64,000 nt of DNA from Lama glama. Lineage: Eukaryota. Numbering within the stretch: the first letter of the stretch is position 1; each line of letters begins with the position of its first letter. Below are positions 36,461-48,554 of the stretch, one piece after another. The translations under genes and the position numbers were made by a program. Below the pieces are notes generated by a model, which saw only the letters and a program-made list of their open reading frames with translations, did not search any database and was not told where the DNA came from. The stretch covers positions 5,270,001 through 5,334,000 of the forward strand of contig CM052850.1 in the NCBI GenBank assembly GCA_028534125.1. Direction: 5' to 3'.

Positions 36461-36979
36461 TGTTTCAGTGGGCTGGTTAACCCCCAAAAAGGAGGAGACC
36501 CCAGTTCTTGTCATATCTGAAAGATAGGCTCATAGTCCAGAGACAGTGTGTTGTGCAGTGAAGGATTTTGGAAGATTTACCTGGAAAAGGAAAAGCGCAC
36601 CTCTAAGAGCGGGCGGCGGGAGGATCCGAGGGCGGAAAAGCCGCAAGTTTGGTCTCCCTTTCTCTTACCTCACTTAGAGGTGGTCCTTTGGTTGATTGAC
36701 AGCTCGTCCCTGGAATGCTGAGTCATGCTTGGCCCCTTTTGCGCATGACCTTACGCAGGGTGTATGCAGAAAACCCTAGGGGGGGGCCTAAACCGCAATG
36801 TTAATTATAATACAAGGGGCACTGGGTTAAGTCCTTTCTGCTACTGGGTTCTAACCGGTTTCTTGCTGGCACTCATTTAGAAGTAAAGTCTCTTTATGCT
36901 GGAGGTGGGCACCACGCCATCCTGCGGACCATCCTCCCTGTCCTCCACCTGTCTGCCCGGTGCCCCCACTTCTCTAACA
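36461..36979 (-). mobile_element. Second ERV1 solo LTR (different family, CpG-rich), antisense
   Basis: TG...CA ends (tgtttcag...ctctaaca), 4-bp flanks ggcc/gccc, ccagttcttgtc near the left end, accgcaatgttaattataat. Confidence 0.72.
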
Positions 36980-37099
36980 GCCCTGCCCCCCACCCCCTGC
37001 ATCCTCCATCTCCCGTACACGCGCCTCCCCCAAGCAGGGCTGCTGAGCCCTGACATTTCATAAGGACCTGGCGGGGGGCCGTGGCCCCTTCTCACCGAC

Positions 37100-37750
37100 A
37101 GGTTTGGAGCATGTACTCAGGACTGAGACCGGCCCTTCCTGGGCTCTGGAGGAAACCCAAGCAGACCTTGCCCTGCCTTCAAAGCCGACGCAGCGAAGAC
37201 ATAGCTCACGCTTCCAACTGCGACACGGGCTGCTCGGTGTGGAGGTGGGAGCCTGTTGACTGTAACAGCCCAGCTGTTCCTCCCTTCCGGAAAGCAGCGA
37301 AAATATCTTCGGAGCAGAGGGGCGAACAGCCTGGAGTTCCGATGGGAGGCCTCCCGGAGGCCACAGAAGAGCAGTATGTTAGGGGAACGCGGCCCGGGGG
37401 GCCTCTGTGTTCCCGCCCCGCGCCACGCAGATGGGGCCCAGCGGGCCCGGCGGCGCTGGGACCTATTTCCTAAATGTCACTGTGCTCTGATACGAGTAAG
37501 TCCCGTATTTCTTACGATTTCTTAAGGCCTGTGTTAGAGCCGTCTTTTCCTTGGGCTTCCCACTGCTTTCTCTCCCTTTCCCGGTCTCCCCTCTTACGCT
37601 CCTTATGAGGAGGTGGAAGGAAAGACCCCCACTTATTTCTGATCATCACAGCTGTGCCCGCCTGCTCTCCCCAGCGCTCAGTCCTTTCCCTCTGACCCCG
37701 GGCGAGCTGTCCTCTCCAACCGAAGGGGCAAGCCCTCCGACAGCCAGGGT
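37100..37750. promoter_or_regulatory. CpG-island-like segment (candidate promoter/enhancer)
   Basis: About 25 CpG counted by eye in 37141-37500, GC-rich, GC box cccgcccc near 37412; not an obvious repeat. Confidence 0.5.
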
Positions 37751-37797
37751 TTTTCAGATGTGGATCTTGAACCTGCTTTTGGCTCTTGGGTTTCTGA

Positions 37798-37960
37798 TTT
37801 TTTTTTAATTGCAAAACATTTTAAAAGTATTTTGGGGGGTGGTCATTAGGTTTTTATTTATTTAATTAGGTTTTTATTTAATTTTTAATGGAAGTCCTGG
37901 GGATCGAACCCACTACCTCATGCATGCTATGCGCTTTACCACTGAGCCATACCTACCCCC
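37798..37960 (-). mobile_element. tRNA-Ala-derived camelid SINE (Vic-1 type), antisense
   Basis: T-tract...ggggggtggtcattagg...ctggggatcgaaccc...catgcatgcta...ttaccactgagccatacctaccccc; diverged TSD gctcttgggtttctga / gctctggggttctaa. Confidence 0.9.
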
Positions 37961-38269
37961 GCTCTGGGGTTCTAACTTCTAACTCCCTTTTAATGCCTCA
38001 CCTTCTTCTGTCTGCCTTCTGAATCCCATTACTGGTTTCCATCCTTGCAGAAGAGGCTGTCTCACAAAATTAATTGCAAAGCAATGGAAAATGTAAATGT
38101 GGTAGAAAGTATGATTAATCCCTCATCTAAAACGAAAGCATGGTTCAAAGTGGTTTATTCCCCTGCAGTGCAGTCCTTTCTCTGATGAACAGCTGAGCGG
38201 GGATAGCAGCTTGGGCTCCCGGGTAAGGGTCAGGAGGAGCCACCGAACCCTCCCATCAATGTTCACATC

Positions 38270-38862
38270 TGAGGTTTTACTACAAAACTGTGTGATTTTT
38301 TTTTACATAAATATATCAGAATTTTGTGAAGTGAACACTATCCTCTTCAAAGTTATTACCTTCTAAGTACTTTACCCGTACCATCTGTGTGATTAGAATT
38401 GATGATGCAGAGGTTTTTGTCAAAATTTCATCTGCTACTAAAGAAATTGACATATGTCAGAAAGTCCAAGATTTCAGCATCTAAATTATATGTGGGAAAT
38501 AGCTTCTTATACATAAAAGTAGCTTTAGAAGTCCTTGTCAAATCACGGGTCCCAATTTTCAGTTTCAGAAAATATTGCCACAGTGACCATCCCCTCACAT
38601 CCAGGCTGCTGCTTATTGTGTAAAAACATTGATCAAACTTCAGGATCAGTTTATATGTCATCCAAGAAAGCCACATTCATCTCTCCACTGTCACCCTTAT
38701 ACTGACCCAAAAGGTTTCTACCTGCTTGACTCCGATGACTTGTGACTAATGTTCGGATGTGAAATTTTTCTCATAACTGAAGGTATTGAAAGAATAGCTA
38801 CGGAGTATGAAGGGCAGTCTTAGAGAGGAGCTCAAAAAATGCACTGAACAATTGCAGCATCA
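38270..38862 (+). mobile_element. Ancient Tc1/mariner remnant (MARNA-like)
   Basis: cttgactccgatgacttgtgact...actgaaggtattgaaagaat...gaggagctcaaaaaatgcactgaacaattgcagcatca resembles the mariner transposase C-terminal relic in MARNA; 5' boundary uncertain. Confidence 0.55.
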
Positions 38863-40033
38863 AAAAAAAAAAAAAAAGAGAGAGAGATAGAGAGGCTAAA
38901 TCCCAGAGGGTGCACTTTGCAGGAGATGGTTATTGAGTTTGGGGCAGAGGAGGAGTCTTCCCCTGACTTCCTGGACCTGTGTTGAGAGCTATCCCCTAGG
39001 ATGAGATGGCTGGCCAGTCCCCACCTCCCCTGCTCCTCCCAGGGGGCAAAGAATAACTGAGTCTGATGGTGATTTAGGGGCTAGGACTGGTGATTTAGGG
39101 AGGACTGGCACGGGTGGCTCAGCCCCTCCTGGGCTGCACTTTCAGATCTGCCAGCCTGCAGGTGTCTTGGCCCTGAACTGAGAGGCGTGCCCTGGAGACG
39201 TCTGCATGGGTGGGTGTGCTTAACTCGGAGATGAAGGATTAGCAAGCCCTCTTGGCCCCCGATCTAAAACCTCATGGTCAATAAGGTTGGTGATATTTTG
39301 AATTCTGTCTATAGGACTCCTGGTATCTCTCTCATTTGATTTTAATCTCCAGGTCATAAAGAAAAAAGGTGTTATTTATTAGCCCTTTAAGCCACCATCA
39401 GCTGTGTTCATTGGGATGTATAAATTTCTGTTGCCTTTATTATGAGAGCAGCTCCCTTGCATTATAGTTACGCCTGACATAGTCAAGAGCTTGGAGCCAG
39501 AAGAGAGGAAGTCTTCCTTGGCCCTATCCCTTTATTTTATGAACTTAAAAAAATTACTTCAGGAAATATAGAAAAAGGGAAATGCTGATTTCCTGCTTGT
39601 GGGAGGGGGCTGTGAGAGACTCTACTTGCCTCTTGTAAAAGATGGGTTATTTTTAGAATTTTGGGAAAGGAACGACTTTTGCGATGATTCTTGTTTCCTC
39701 TTAGAGGCTGAGCCCCTACAGGGCAGGGCTGTGCGGTTCACTGTGATCACCCCTTCTTTCGCTGCTGGTTGTGTTGCTCTCTCTTTGCCTCCCTGAGGCT
39801 CCGGCCTGGTGATTGGAGGATGCTAAGTGGAGGGATTCTGGAGAGAAGCCAAAAGATCTTCACCCCTGAGGACCAGGGTCACGGCTGAACTCTAGGAAAA
39901 TGCTCATCTCCTCCTGGTCTTCTTGGGCCCTTCCAACCCCAAGAGGAGGGAGGACTTTGCTCACCTGTCCTAGAGGCAAAGAGATCAGGACCCTCACCCA
40001 GGACAGGGGTAGATCTTCCCCTGCTGGTTTCTC

Positions 40034-40093
40034 TGTGTGTGTGTGTGTGTGTGTGTGTGTATGCGCGCGCGTGCGCGTGCGTGTGCACGCGTG
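40034..40093. repeat. (TG)n-(CG)n alternating purine-pyrimidine tract
   Basis: tgtgtg...tgtatgcgcgcgcgtgcgcgtgcgtgtgcacgcgtg. Confidence 0.95.
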
Positions 40094-42882
40094 ACCCACG
40101 CACATCACGCTCTACCAGCACCTGCAGTTCTGACCTGGACACTGTGAGGCTGGGCTTCCAGGCTTTCAGCCGACCCATTGAGAACGCCTCACCAGTTCTC
40201 CCCCAGAGCCCCTGAGGCCTCCCCCATAGTCACCCTGGTGCCTCCAAGCTCCAACAGCTCCTTTGCTCAGGAAATAGAGGTAAGTTAGGGATGGAAGTGC
40301 AGGGGGAACATTGTGTGGCCAAAACAACACCTTTTCAGAATCCTCTTGACTCCATCCCATCCCAGCCAAGTACCAGGCCCTTGTCTGTCCCCAAGAAGCA
40401 AATACCATCATGGTTCATAGCAATAATCTTGGAATCCCCAGGCACTTGAAAGTGTGTTTGGCCCCAATGGGGAAAAAAAACCAAAACAACAATAGCAAAA
40501 GCCATGAGGCCCTCTAGCAAGGGCCGATTTGACTGATGTGCAAGATAATCTGACCCCGTCCAGTCTGGGCCTGGCAGTTGGGCCAGGCTTCCCTCTTGTC
40601 TTGGTGGTCGTGGGAATCCCTGCGTACAGAGTCCAGTGGAATTTCCCTTCAGACTTTGTCTACCCAGTTCTGAACTTCTGGTTTCCTGGCTCCTCTGGTC
40701 TCTGAACTTGGGTTTGAATTTCATCTTTTCTGGTGCTTTGTCTTGGTTGTCTGTCTAGATCTTGTCTCCAGTGGGAAGTGCCCTCTATGGAACCCAATCC
40801 CAGCCCTGGACCCTTGGCTGGGGGCCTGGCTGGGGCCACCTGTGCCCTCTCTAGATGGTGGAAATCAAATAGATGCCTGACGTCAAACGTGGCAGGACCT
40901 GGGGGCTGACTTGGGGGAGTTCTGCTTTGAAAAAGAAGTGGCTCCTTCTTATTAGCAGGCCTGGAACTGAGAGGTCACATCCTGTGACATTTCCCGAGTG
41001 GGTTTGGCCAGCATGGTTTTTGGACACCCCGTAGTGTCTCCAGTGTTTTTACAGCTTTCATGAAGTTCACATACACTTCTCAGAACAGAGTTGCTGTAAC
41101 TTTTGTTTTACTGAGAACAGTACAATAAGTCATAAAACAGGATGAGCAAGAAAAGAAGTGTGATTGTCAGACAAATCAGGGAGCTTCTGGAAGAGTCCCT
41201 CCTGTCCTGCTGTCCTTGTATCTGCCCGTGTGAAAATCAGGCCCCAAGAGGCTTAAGCAGGGGAAAAGGATTTTACGAGTAGAGAAGACTTGCCTCTTGA
41301 TGTTTCATTTTCTCCCTCCTTAGATAGTAAAACCAGACCTGTAAGTCCGGGTCTTTAATTTCTGTTTCTAGGACACAGAAGGGGATCTTGAGTTTTTAGA
41401 GTTCTAAGAAAATGAGACGTAGTTTGATTCAAAACCCTTGTTCTATATCTGAGGTTAACTAAGGACCAAATTCACGAGGAGAGCCGGCCGATGCTGTATA
41501 GTCAGCTGGTGGCAGGTGTGGAAATCATCACCATCTCCTGACCACATGCTAGTTCTCTGTCCACCTACGTCCCTTCCTGGCCAGAGGAGGGAAAGGAGAC
41601 TGGACAAGCGGGAGAAATGGGGCCTCAACATCCCTGCTCTTAGCTGACATCGAGGATGCTGGCGGGACACTGAGAGATGGGGGAACCGGGTTGAAGGATC
41701 AGTCAGAATGTGGCTTGGTGCTTTTAAATGTCAAGCTTAGGTCAGCTGGTGGAGAAGAATGCAGAACTCATATTCACGTGTTCCCTAGATTTCTCTAAAT
41801 TTTGCAGTATAAGGTATGTAAGTCATGTGTTTAAAACAGTATCCAAAAACCTCACAGAAGCAGTTTTGAAATATTTTGTTTTACTGGCAATGAGACAAAA
41901 AATAATTGGGCATTAAATCAAGGAAATGGGGAAAAGGGAGCTGCAAATCAAGGGAAATGGTGGAAAATTAGGTCTTAGTGGAGAGAAATGTGTACATATG
42001 AACTGCCTGATGTTTCAGGGAAAGAAATTTGGTCTTGTAAATCTCCCCTTTAGCCCTTTAAACCCTAGGGCTGGGTTGTGCTTGCCTGCCAGTGTCTGGG
42101 GGGCCAACTACTCTTTGAGGGGACCTGTCTTCTCTCTGTCCCATATTGTCAGAAATAGGGCGTGATGGTTTAGGTATGGCTCCTGTTTGAAACAGGAGCT
42201 TGTGATCCATGCTGTGATCAAATGCCAAGTGCTGTCGCATCTTTGCATTTCTCTTGCCTCTGACTACGTGGAGGGTGACCTCAGCCTGATGGCAGCTTAG
42301 ACCCCGGGAGGCAGGCTTGCGAAGCCCTTCCCTGGAGGGCACTAGGGCCCTGCCGACGTGTCACCTGGTTTTATTAAGTCCAGCTGTGAGTGTGCCTTAT
42401 TATCTGTCTACTATATACATAACTTCTATAAATTATAAACTAAAAAAATAAATAATAAACACCTTTTTAATTGCATATCCTCTTTTCCTCTTGTCAATTA
42501 AAGTGAACTTGCAAAGCTGCTTAACACAAAATAGCTACACAGCCATCAATTCTGTTAGATGTGGTATGAGCCGTTGCACTGGTTTTCTGGTTTTCCCATA
42601 GCTGTGAGGATTAATCACAGATAATCATCACAAAAGGATCACACACCATATAAATAATATAAAAATAGAAAAATGCCCCAAGTGGAAGTACTGAGAAAGA
42701 AGAAAATCACTTCAACATGGATAGCTCTGACTTACCACTTGGGAGGCAAAGGAGGAAAAGGAAATGAATGAATTCTTGCTTCGGAAAGAACCCAGACCTT
42801 CTCGGTCTGATGAGGGATTTGCAACCAGGAGAGTGGTCGAGGGACTGGCCCTGGGATTGAGGTAGCCTTTAGATCCCTGTCC

Positions 42883-42966
42883 TTTTTTTTTTTTTTTAAG
42901 GACTATTTTTTTTAAATTGAGTTATAGTCAGTTTACAATGTTGTAAATCAACTACAATAAAAAAAA
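42883..42966. mobile_element. Two tiny LINE-1 3' tails joined head-to-head
   Basis: T-tracts + attgagttatagtcagtttacaatgttgt (antisense tail) then ttgtaaatcaactacaataaaaaaaa (sense tail). Confidence 0.7.
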
Positions 42967-45900
42967 TGATGGCGTCTGGGACTACCCCTTGTCCTGGGAT
43001 CTGTCTTGTCCTGTTATGTCTTGTGTCACTCCAGGAATATGGTGGCACTCAGACCAAGGTCATTAAAGAAATAGTCATGAAATACTGTCCTTGACTGGTA
43101 TTCTGTGCGCAGGATGTGGCAGAGTGGAAACCCACATGGCAGCCTGTGATGTGACTGTATCTGTGAGGGGAGGGTTAGCATGACAGGCCCGCAGGGAGGG
43201 AGAGCAGTCAGGGGCGGGGCACAGCTCACGGGGGGCACCGACATCTGTCACCCGAGTGACAGTCTCCAACATGTGACCAAGGGAACTGGCAGGAGGGCCG
43301 AGAGGTTGGGGGCCTTATCCTTCCCTGCAGAAATGCTGGAGGAGGGCGCCATTCACTCACATCCCTTGGCTGAGACCCCCTCCTGCTGTGGTTGCCTGCA
43401 AGCCTTGGGCCAGGACTTTATTACATGCTCCACTTTAAGGCTGCTTGGCGTGGGCAGATGGAGCCTCTTAATCTGATTATATCTGATTCTCTTTGTGGTT
43501 CCTTTTTGAGTGGGTCACATGAAAAACGAGAGATGTGTGGTACAGGGTTTGGCAAGAAGAGGTACTCATCTTTCTACTATGACTTCAAGTTTTCATGACG
43601 GGATGGCCGTTTTGAAGCAAGAGAGGCATTGGCTCTGGGAGGAGGGCTTGGGACGCAAGGGAGCACCACATGTGGAGAATGAAGATATGGACATAACTGT
43701 GCCACCTTGGAACCAGGTGTTGGTGGCGGAACAGGCAGGCTAGGGCTCACGGGTGCTGGTTTGAATATTGCTCTCTCGGCGTTTGTGGTTATCATTTGTA
43801 TTTTCCTTGTGTGGAGGAAAATGAAATGGACCTTGGGTGACTTCTCAGCAGGTTAAATGGACTGAGTTCCGAAATGTTTCTCTTCAGATTGCTGATGAGA
43901 ATTGTGCTTCTCTTCCGACTGTACTGGCTCAGCGTTTGAGCGTAGAGGGCTTGTTGAATCAGCATCTTTCATCAACACCTGAGAGCTAGAATTTGGAAAG
44001 ATGAAGGCTCAGCTTACAACCTGCCTGGTTGGTCGTCAGTGTCTGGATGAGGAGTCTCCCTTGCAGCCTGTGTTGGGACTCCCAGCTGTGCTGGCGGGGG
44101 CTGAGCCCTAGCCCGCATCCCCGGGCCCCGCTGCGGTCGCCTGGTACTCCGGGAAGCCGAGACGGGGCACCTCCAGCTGTTCCGCATGCTGCTCTCCAGT
44201 TTAACCTTCAGGTGGTTCTTCCCTTCCTCCCTCTAACCTCCTGCTTGGCTCTGCTGTGGAATCGTGTGGCTGTCAGTCCCGAAGATGGCAAGATGAGGCG
44301 TCTGCGGGCTAATGAACAGCTGTGGGGAGATAATTAATGCTTTCCGACCTTCCTTCCAGGCTTTACCACCTCTCCACAGCACAGCCTGCAACATCTGTGC
44401 TCCCCAGCAGCTGAGCTGTAAAACACCCTTCCCCGCTCTTCCCGAAACAACTGTCAGGCGTGCCGGTACCCGCATTAAGGGCAAAACTTACAAAACACTA
44501 CAAGAGCTCGCAAGACGCGGATGTTGAGTTTTTCCGAGAGAGAGGATGCTTGAGAACTTCGGGTTGTACCTGGTCCTGGTGTGGACGGGGAGATGAGGGG
44601 CAGGTGGGGACAAGAGGAGCAGTGAGGGAACGGCTTCCAGTCCTTTCTTTCAGGGAAGGATGCTGAACTTGCAGGCTTTCGAGCCCGTCCAGAACTGCTT
44701 TGACAATCACCAGAGGAGGGGGCAGGGCCATCTGAGAACTTCTTAGTGGTCTCACCCAGGGGCACCGTTCAGAGCAGACGCTAGTCTTCAGCACTTGGTG
44801 CAGCCATTCTGGTGCGTACTGCCTGCATGTCAGAGCTGGTCTCGTGTTCCATGAGCCCTCTTCAGCCTCAAACCTGGTAGCGTTTATTGAGTACCTACTT
44901 GATGCTAGAAATGCTTCTAGGAACTTTTGATAATTTTGAACATGAAGGCTATGACTGCAAATGCCGTAAAAATAATGTCAATTTTCTCCCCCCATTTATG
45001 GATGCTAATTTGCATGCGTAAGACTTTAGCCTCACCTGCATTTGGAAGATCTCAGCCTCTCTGTGGTCTCTCCCACTCTCATCCCCATCCAGGTGTTCTT
45101 GGGCATTCCTAGGGATTTCTCATCAGTGATCAAGGATGAGCCTCTCCTGCTCTCGCGGTCTGGGCTCCTGACAGTGACTTCTACTTACAGAGCACTTGAG
45201 GGAGGGTGTCCTGCGCCTGGCACCTTCCTGACTCGGGTGCTGTCTTTTGATGTTCTCCCCTGCAAACTGTCCTGACATTGCCATGCTAATAGTCCATCAG
45301 TGTCGCACTCTGTCCTCTGTGCCTGGTGTGGCATTGCTGTGCCTGGAGTATCACAAATATTCTTGTGAAAACAGCTCCTTTGCTTCTGCTTGTGTGACCC
45401 CTCCTGTACTAGACAAGGCCCAACTGGAAATCTTACCCATAGGACCCCTCTATTTTCCTACTTCCCTTATCTCTGCGTGGATGGAGCCCTAACCTTCTCT
45501 CCACGTCGGCCGTTTCTTCCCCTGGCAAGTGTCTGGCCTGTGTGATGGGGGTGTCGCTGGCCCCATACAGGCCCTTGTTGGCCTTAGTCCAGCATCAAAT
45601 AATCCAACTAAGGTTAAGTCCCAAATTGCCTGCCCGGGGGATGTTTACTGGTGTTACACAGGAAGTGATGTAGCGTTATGGCAATGTGGTCCAAATAACT
45701 TTGAATCAAAGCAGAAGACTTTCTAGCAAACAAACTTGAAAACCGCCCTTGCTCAGAAGAATGTGGAGCCTTGGCAGAGACTCCGTTACCCAGAGAGACC
45801 ACAGACGTGGAGCTCAGGATGGGGGTTTGGTGCTAGAGGGTGAAAGAGGCACAGCCAGCATTTTGCAGAGGTGAGAAGAGCAGCACCTTCCTGGAAATGA

Positions 45901-46194
45901 ACTAAAGTCAGTTCTTAAAAGATTATTCTCTAGCCAGGTGCTCAAGACAAGACTTAAACTACGTTTCGGCCCCAAGCAAGCCATAAAGGTAGAACCATGC
46001 GGGGCCTTCAGAAGAGGACCCAGGCAGGCCTAGGGTTGGTCCCTGCTTACAGTTCATCACTGATTCTTCAGACAGGATGCACAGGAGTGGAACATTAAGA
46101 TCCACTGCCTTTCTATACAAATTCTCAATAAATCCTTAAAAAATTCTTAATGAATTCCCAAGTTAACTCTTTAGATACTGTTAAAATAGAGACA

Positions 46195-46489
46195 CCTTTA
46201 GTAACAGTAAGTTTGTTTTCTATGTCTGTGAATACCCCTCAAAGGGGTAAAAGTTGGGGGAGGAATAAATTAGGAATTTAAGATTAACAGATACATATTA
46301 CCATATATGAAATAGATAAATAACAAGGACCTACTGTATAGCACAGGGAACTATATTCAATAACTAGTAATAACCTATAAGGGAAAAGAATCTGAGAAAG
46401 AACATATATATATGTATAACTGAATCACTTTGCTGTGCACCTGAAAGATTATAAGTCAACTATACTTCAATAAAAAAACAAATTAAAAA
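46195..46489 (+). mobile_element. 5'-truncated LINE-1 3' UTR with short 5' inversion
   Basis: Antisense L1 segment cctttagtaacagtaagtttgttttctatgtctgtga then sense caaagggg...tactgtatagcacagggaactatattcaa...tcaactatacttcaataaaaaaa; diverged TSD aaaatagagacac / aaagtggggatac. Confidence 0.85.
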
Positions 46490-48144
46490 AAAGTGGGGAT
46501 ACTTGCCTGGAGAGGATATTACTTGACTGATAGAGATGAGCCTCCAGTGCTTAGACTTTGCAAAACTCTTACCTGTTGGAGAGGTTTAATTCTTTCTGAA
46601 CCTACCAAGTAGTCACTCTTCATTATCTGACTTAACTTTCTTCCTTGATCCCTGGATTCCATTCAGTTTCAGCCTGGCCTGAGATCTCTTTTGACGTGCC
46701 CATTTTGGACAAATTGAGTGATTGAAGAATGATGTTAAGGATCCTTGACTCTTTGTCCTTGGAGAGCAGAGGACAATATACTGACGTGGACTGAAGTCAC
46801 CCCTGTGAGTGAGAGGATCGGGGGGCTGCTCTTTGGCTTAAGGCAGCTTCCCTGGCTGGTCAGGTCATGCCATTCTCAGCCTTATGGATTTCAAGAGTCT
46901 TTATTATCCAGCACACCATTATTTGGACAGAAATAATATATTTTTTTCACACTGTGTTATTTCTGAAAATTTGATATATTTCTCCACGGCTCTACCTGCC
47001 TGGAAGATGTTTTGCTAAAGTTGGGCAGAAGAAAACCTACACTGGCTGCTGCAAAGTGAATGCCCACTCTCCACAACGCAATTACCATGACAAGTATTTC
47101 TAATTGCCACTTCCCTTGCTCCGTGCCCTCCTTTTCGTCAGACATTGCGAATTTCTGGTAATCTTGGGTTATTATCACACTGAGCTGCTAACCTGAGTCT
47201 TGACACTCCTCCTGGAGACCGTGTCAGAAATAATTACAGCTCAAGAGAGGTGATTCTTCCTTCGTTATTAGCAGTTGCTGGCGTCGGTATCTAACATTGA
47301 TTATTAATTTGGAACAACACATTCCTTGGGCTCCGACACGCATTTTATTTCTTCTTCCGTGCCTTGGCGAAGAGCACACATTGTTCTTCATTCCTTTGCC
47401 TCCCTTTGCCCTTGTGTCTGTCTGTGTGTTTTGAGAAGGTTCCTTTCATGCTCCAGTGATTTATTTACTTCTAAAGTTATTTTCCCCTCTCTTGTTTTTC
47501 AAACCATTTGCTGGAGCCGTTGGTGAAGTAGAGAGAATTCACCTCTTGGAGTTGGATGCTCTGTGTGGTTGTGGGAGTTCTGGGAGCTCAGACAGGGCCA
47601 TTTAGCCCCCGGAAACCCAGGTCTTTGGAGAGGACAAGGAGGAGTGAGGCTGGTTTGAGTAGGAAGGTGAGAAGGGCGGAGGTTGCTGCTTGCACAGATG
47701 CCTGCCTCTAAGAAGCCTGCTCCTTTCCTTTCAGACATCCCTTGCCCTGTTCAATAGCTGTGGAGCCTGGGGTTTGTCTGGGGTGGGAGATGGGGGTGAC
47801 TGGAAGGGGCCCATTCAGCTGTTGTTTCTGTCTACCTTGGATGATATGGGAAGGCACACGCTCCGCCCACCAGTTCATCATTAAATATCACCCCTGTTCT
47901 GAAGAGGCTCTCTTGTGTGTGGTTGTGTAGAGTCAGAAGGACTTCAGGAAAGCAGCATGAACATGGGGAAATTCCTGACCAAGATGCCAATTCTTCTTCC
48001 TTTCTTCCCCAGCTTCTTCCCTACCCACCTCTCTCTTTTTTTCTTGAATTAGCTGAGCAGGAAAATTTAAATTAAGAATCTTTCTTTCCTGGTCTACTTC
48101 TTCTTCTCGAGATTTACTAAAGCCAGAATCTCAGTCCCCGAGTG

Positions 48145-48341
48145 CAGCTGACCCTTGAACAACATGGAGTCAGGCGCCCTGATGCCCTGCAGTGGAAAAT
48201 CCACATAGAACTTAACAGTCGGCCCCGCATGTGGAGATTCAACTAACCCTGGATCACGTAGAACTGTAACATTTACTACTGAAAAAAATTTGCATATAAG
48301 TGGACCTGTGAGTTCAAACTCATGAGTTCAAGGGTCAACCG
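48145..48341. mobile_element. MER8/Tigger2-type TcMar-Tigger MITE
   Basis: Terminal inverted repeats cagctgacccttgaac ... gttcaagggtcaaccg followed by TA; internal tataagtggacc...gttcaaac. Confidence 0.85.
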
Positions 48342-48554
48342 TATATTATGGGTGCTTTTGTGCAATAATGTGGTTGCTGTGCCTAATGGAGGCTTCCATA
48401 CTTCTGTCCTTGGATAGACACAGCTTCTTTGACGCTGGATCCCAACTCTTCGAAAAGGCAACTGCCCTAAAGTTCCGTAATTGGATTTACAACAGCATGG
48501 AATTAAGTGGCTACTGGAAGTCCAAGATCTCAGTGTAAGCCTCACACGACATAG

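Noticed and set aside
35412-36979. Two same-strand LTRs as the ends of one provirus
   Set aside because: The LTRs do not resemble each other, and the roughly 490 bp between them shows no PBS/gag/pol, only unique DNA and L2-like remnants.
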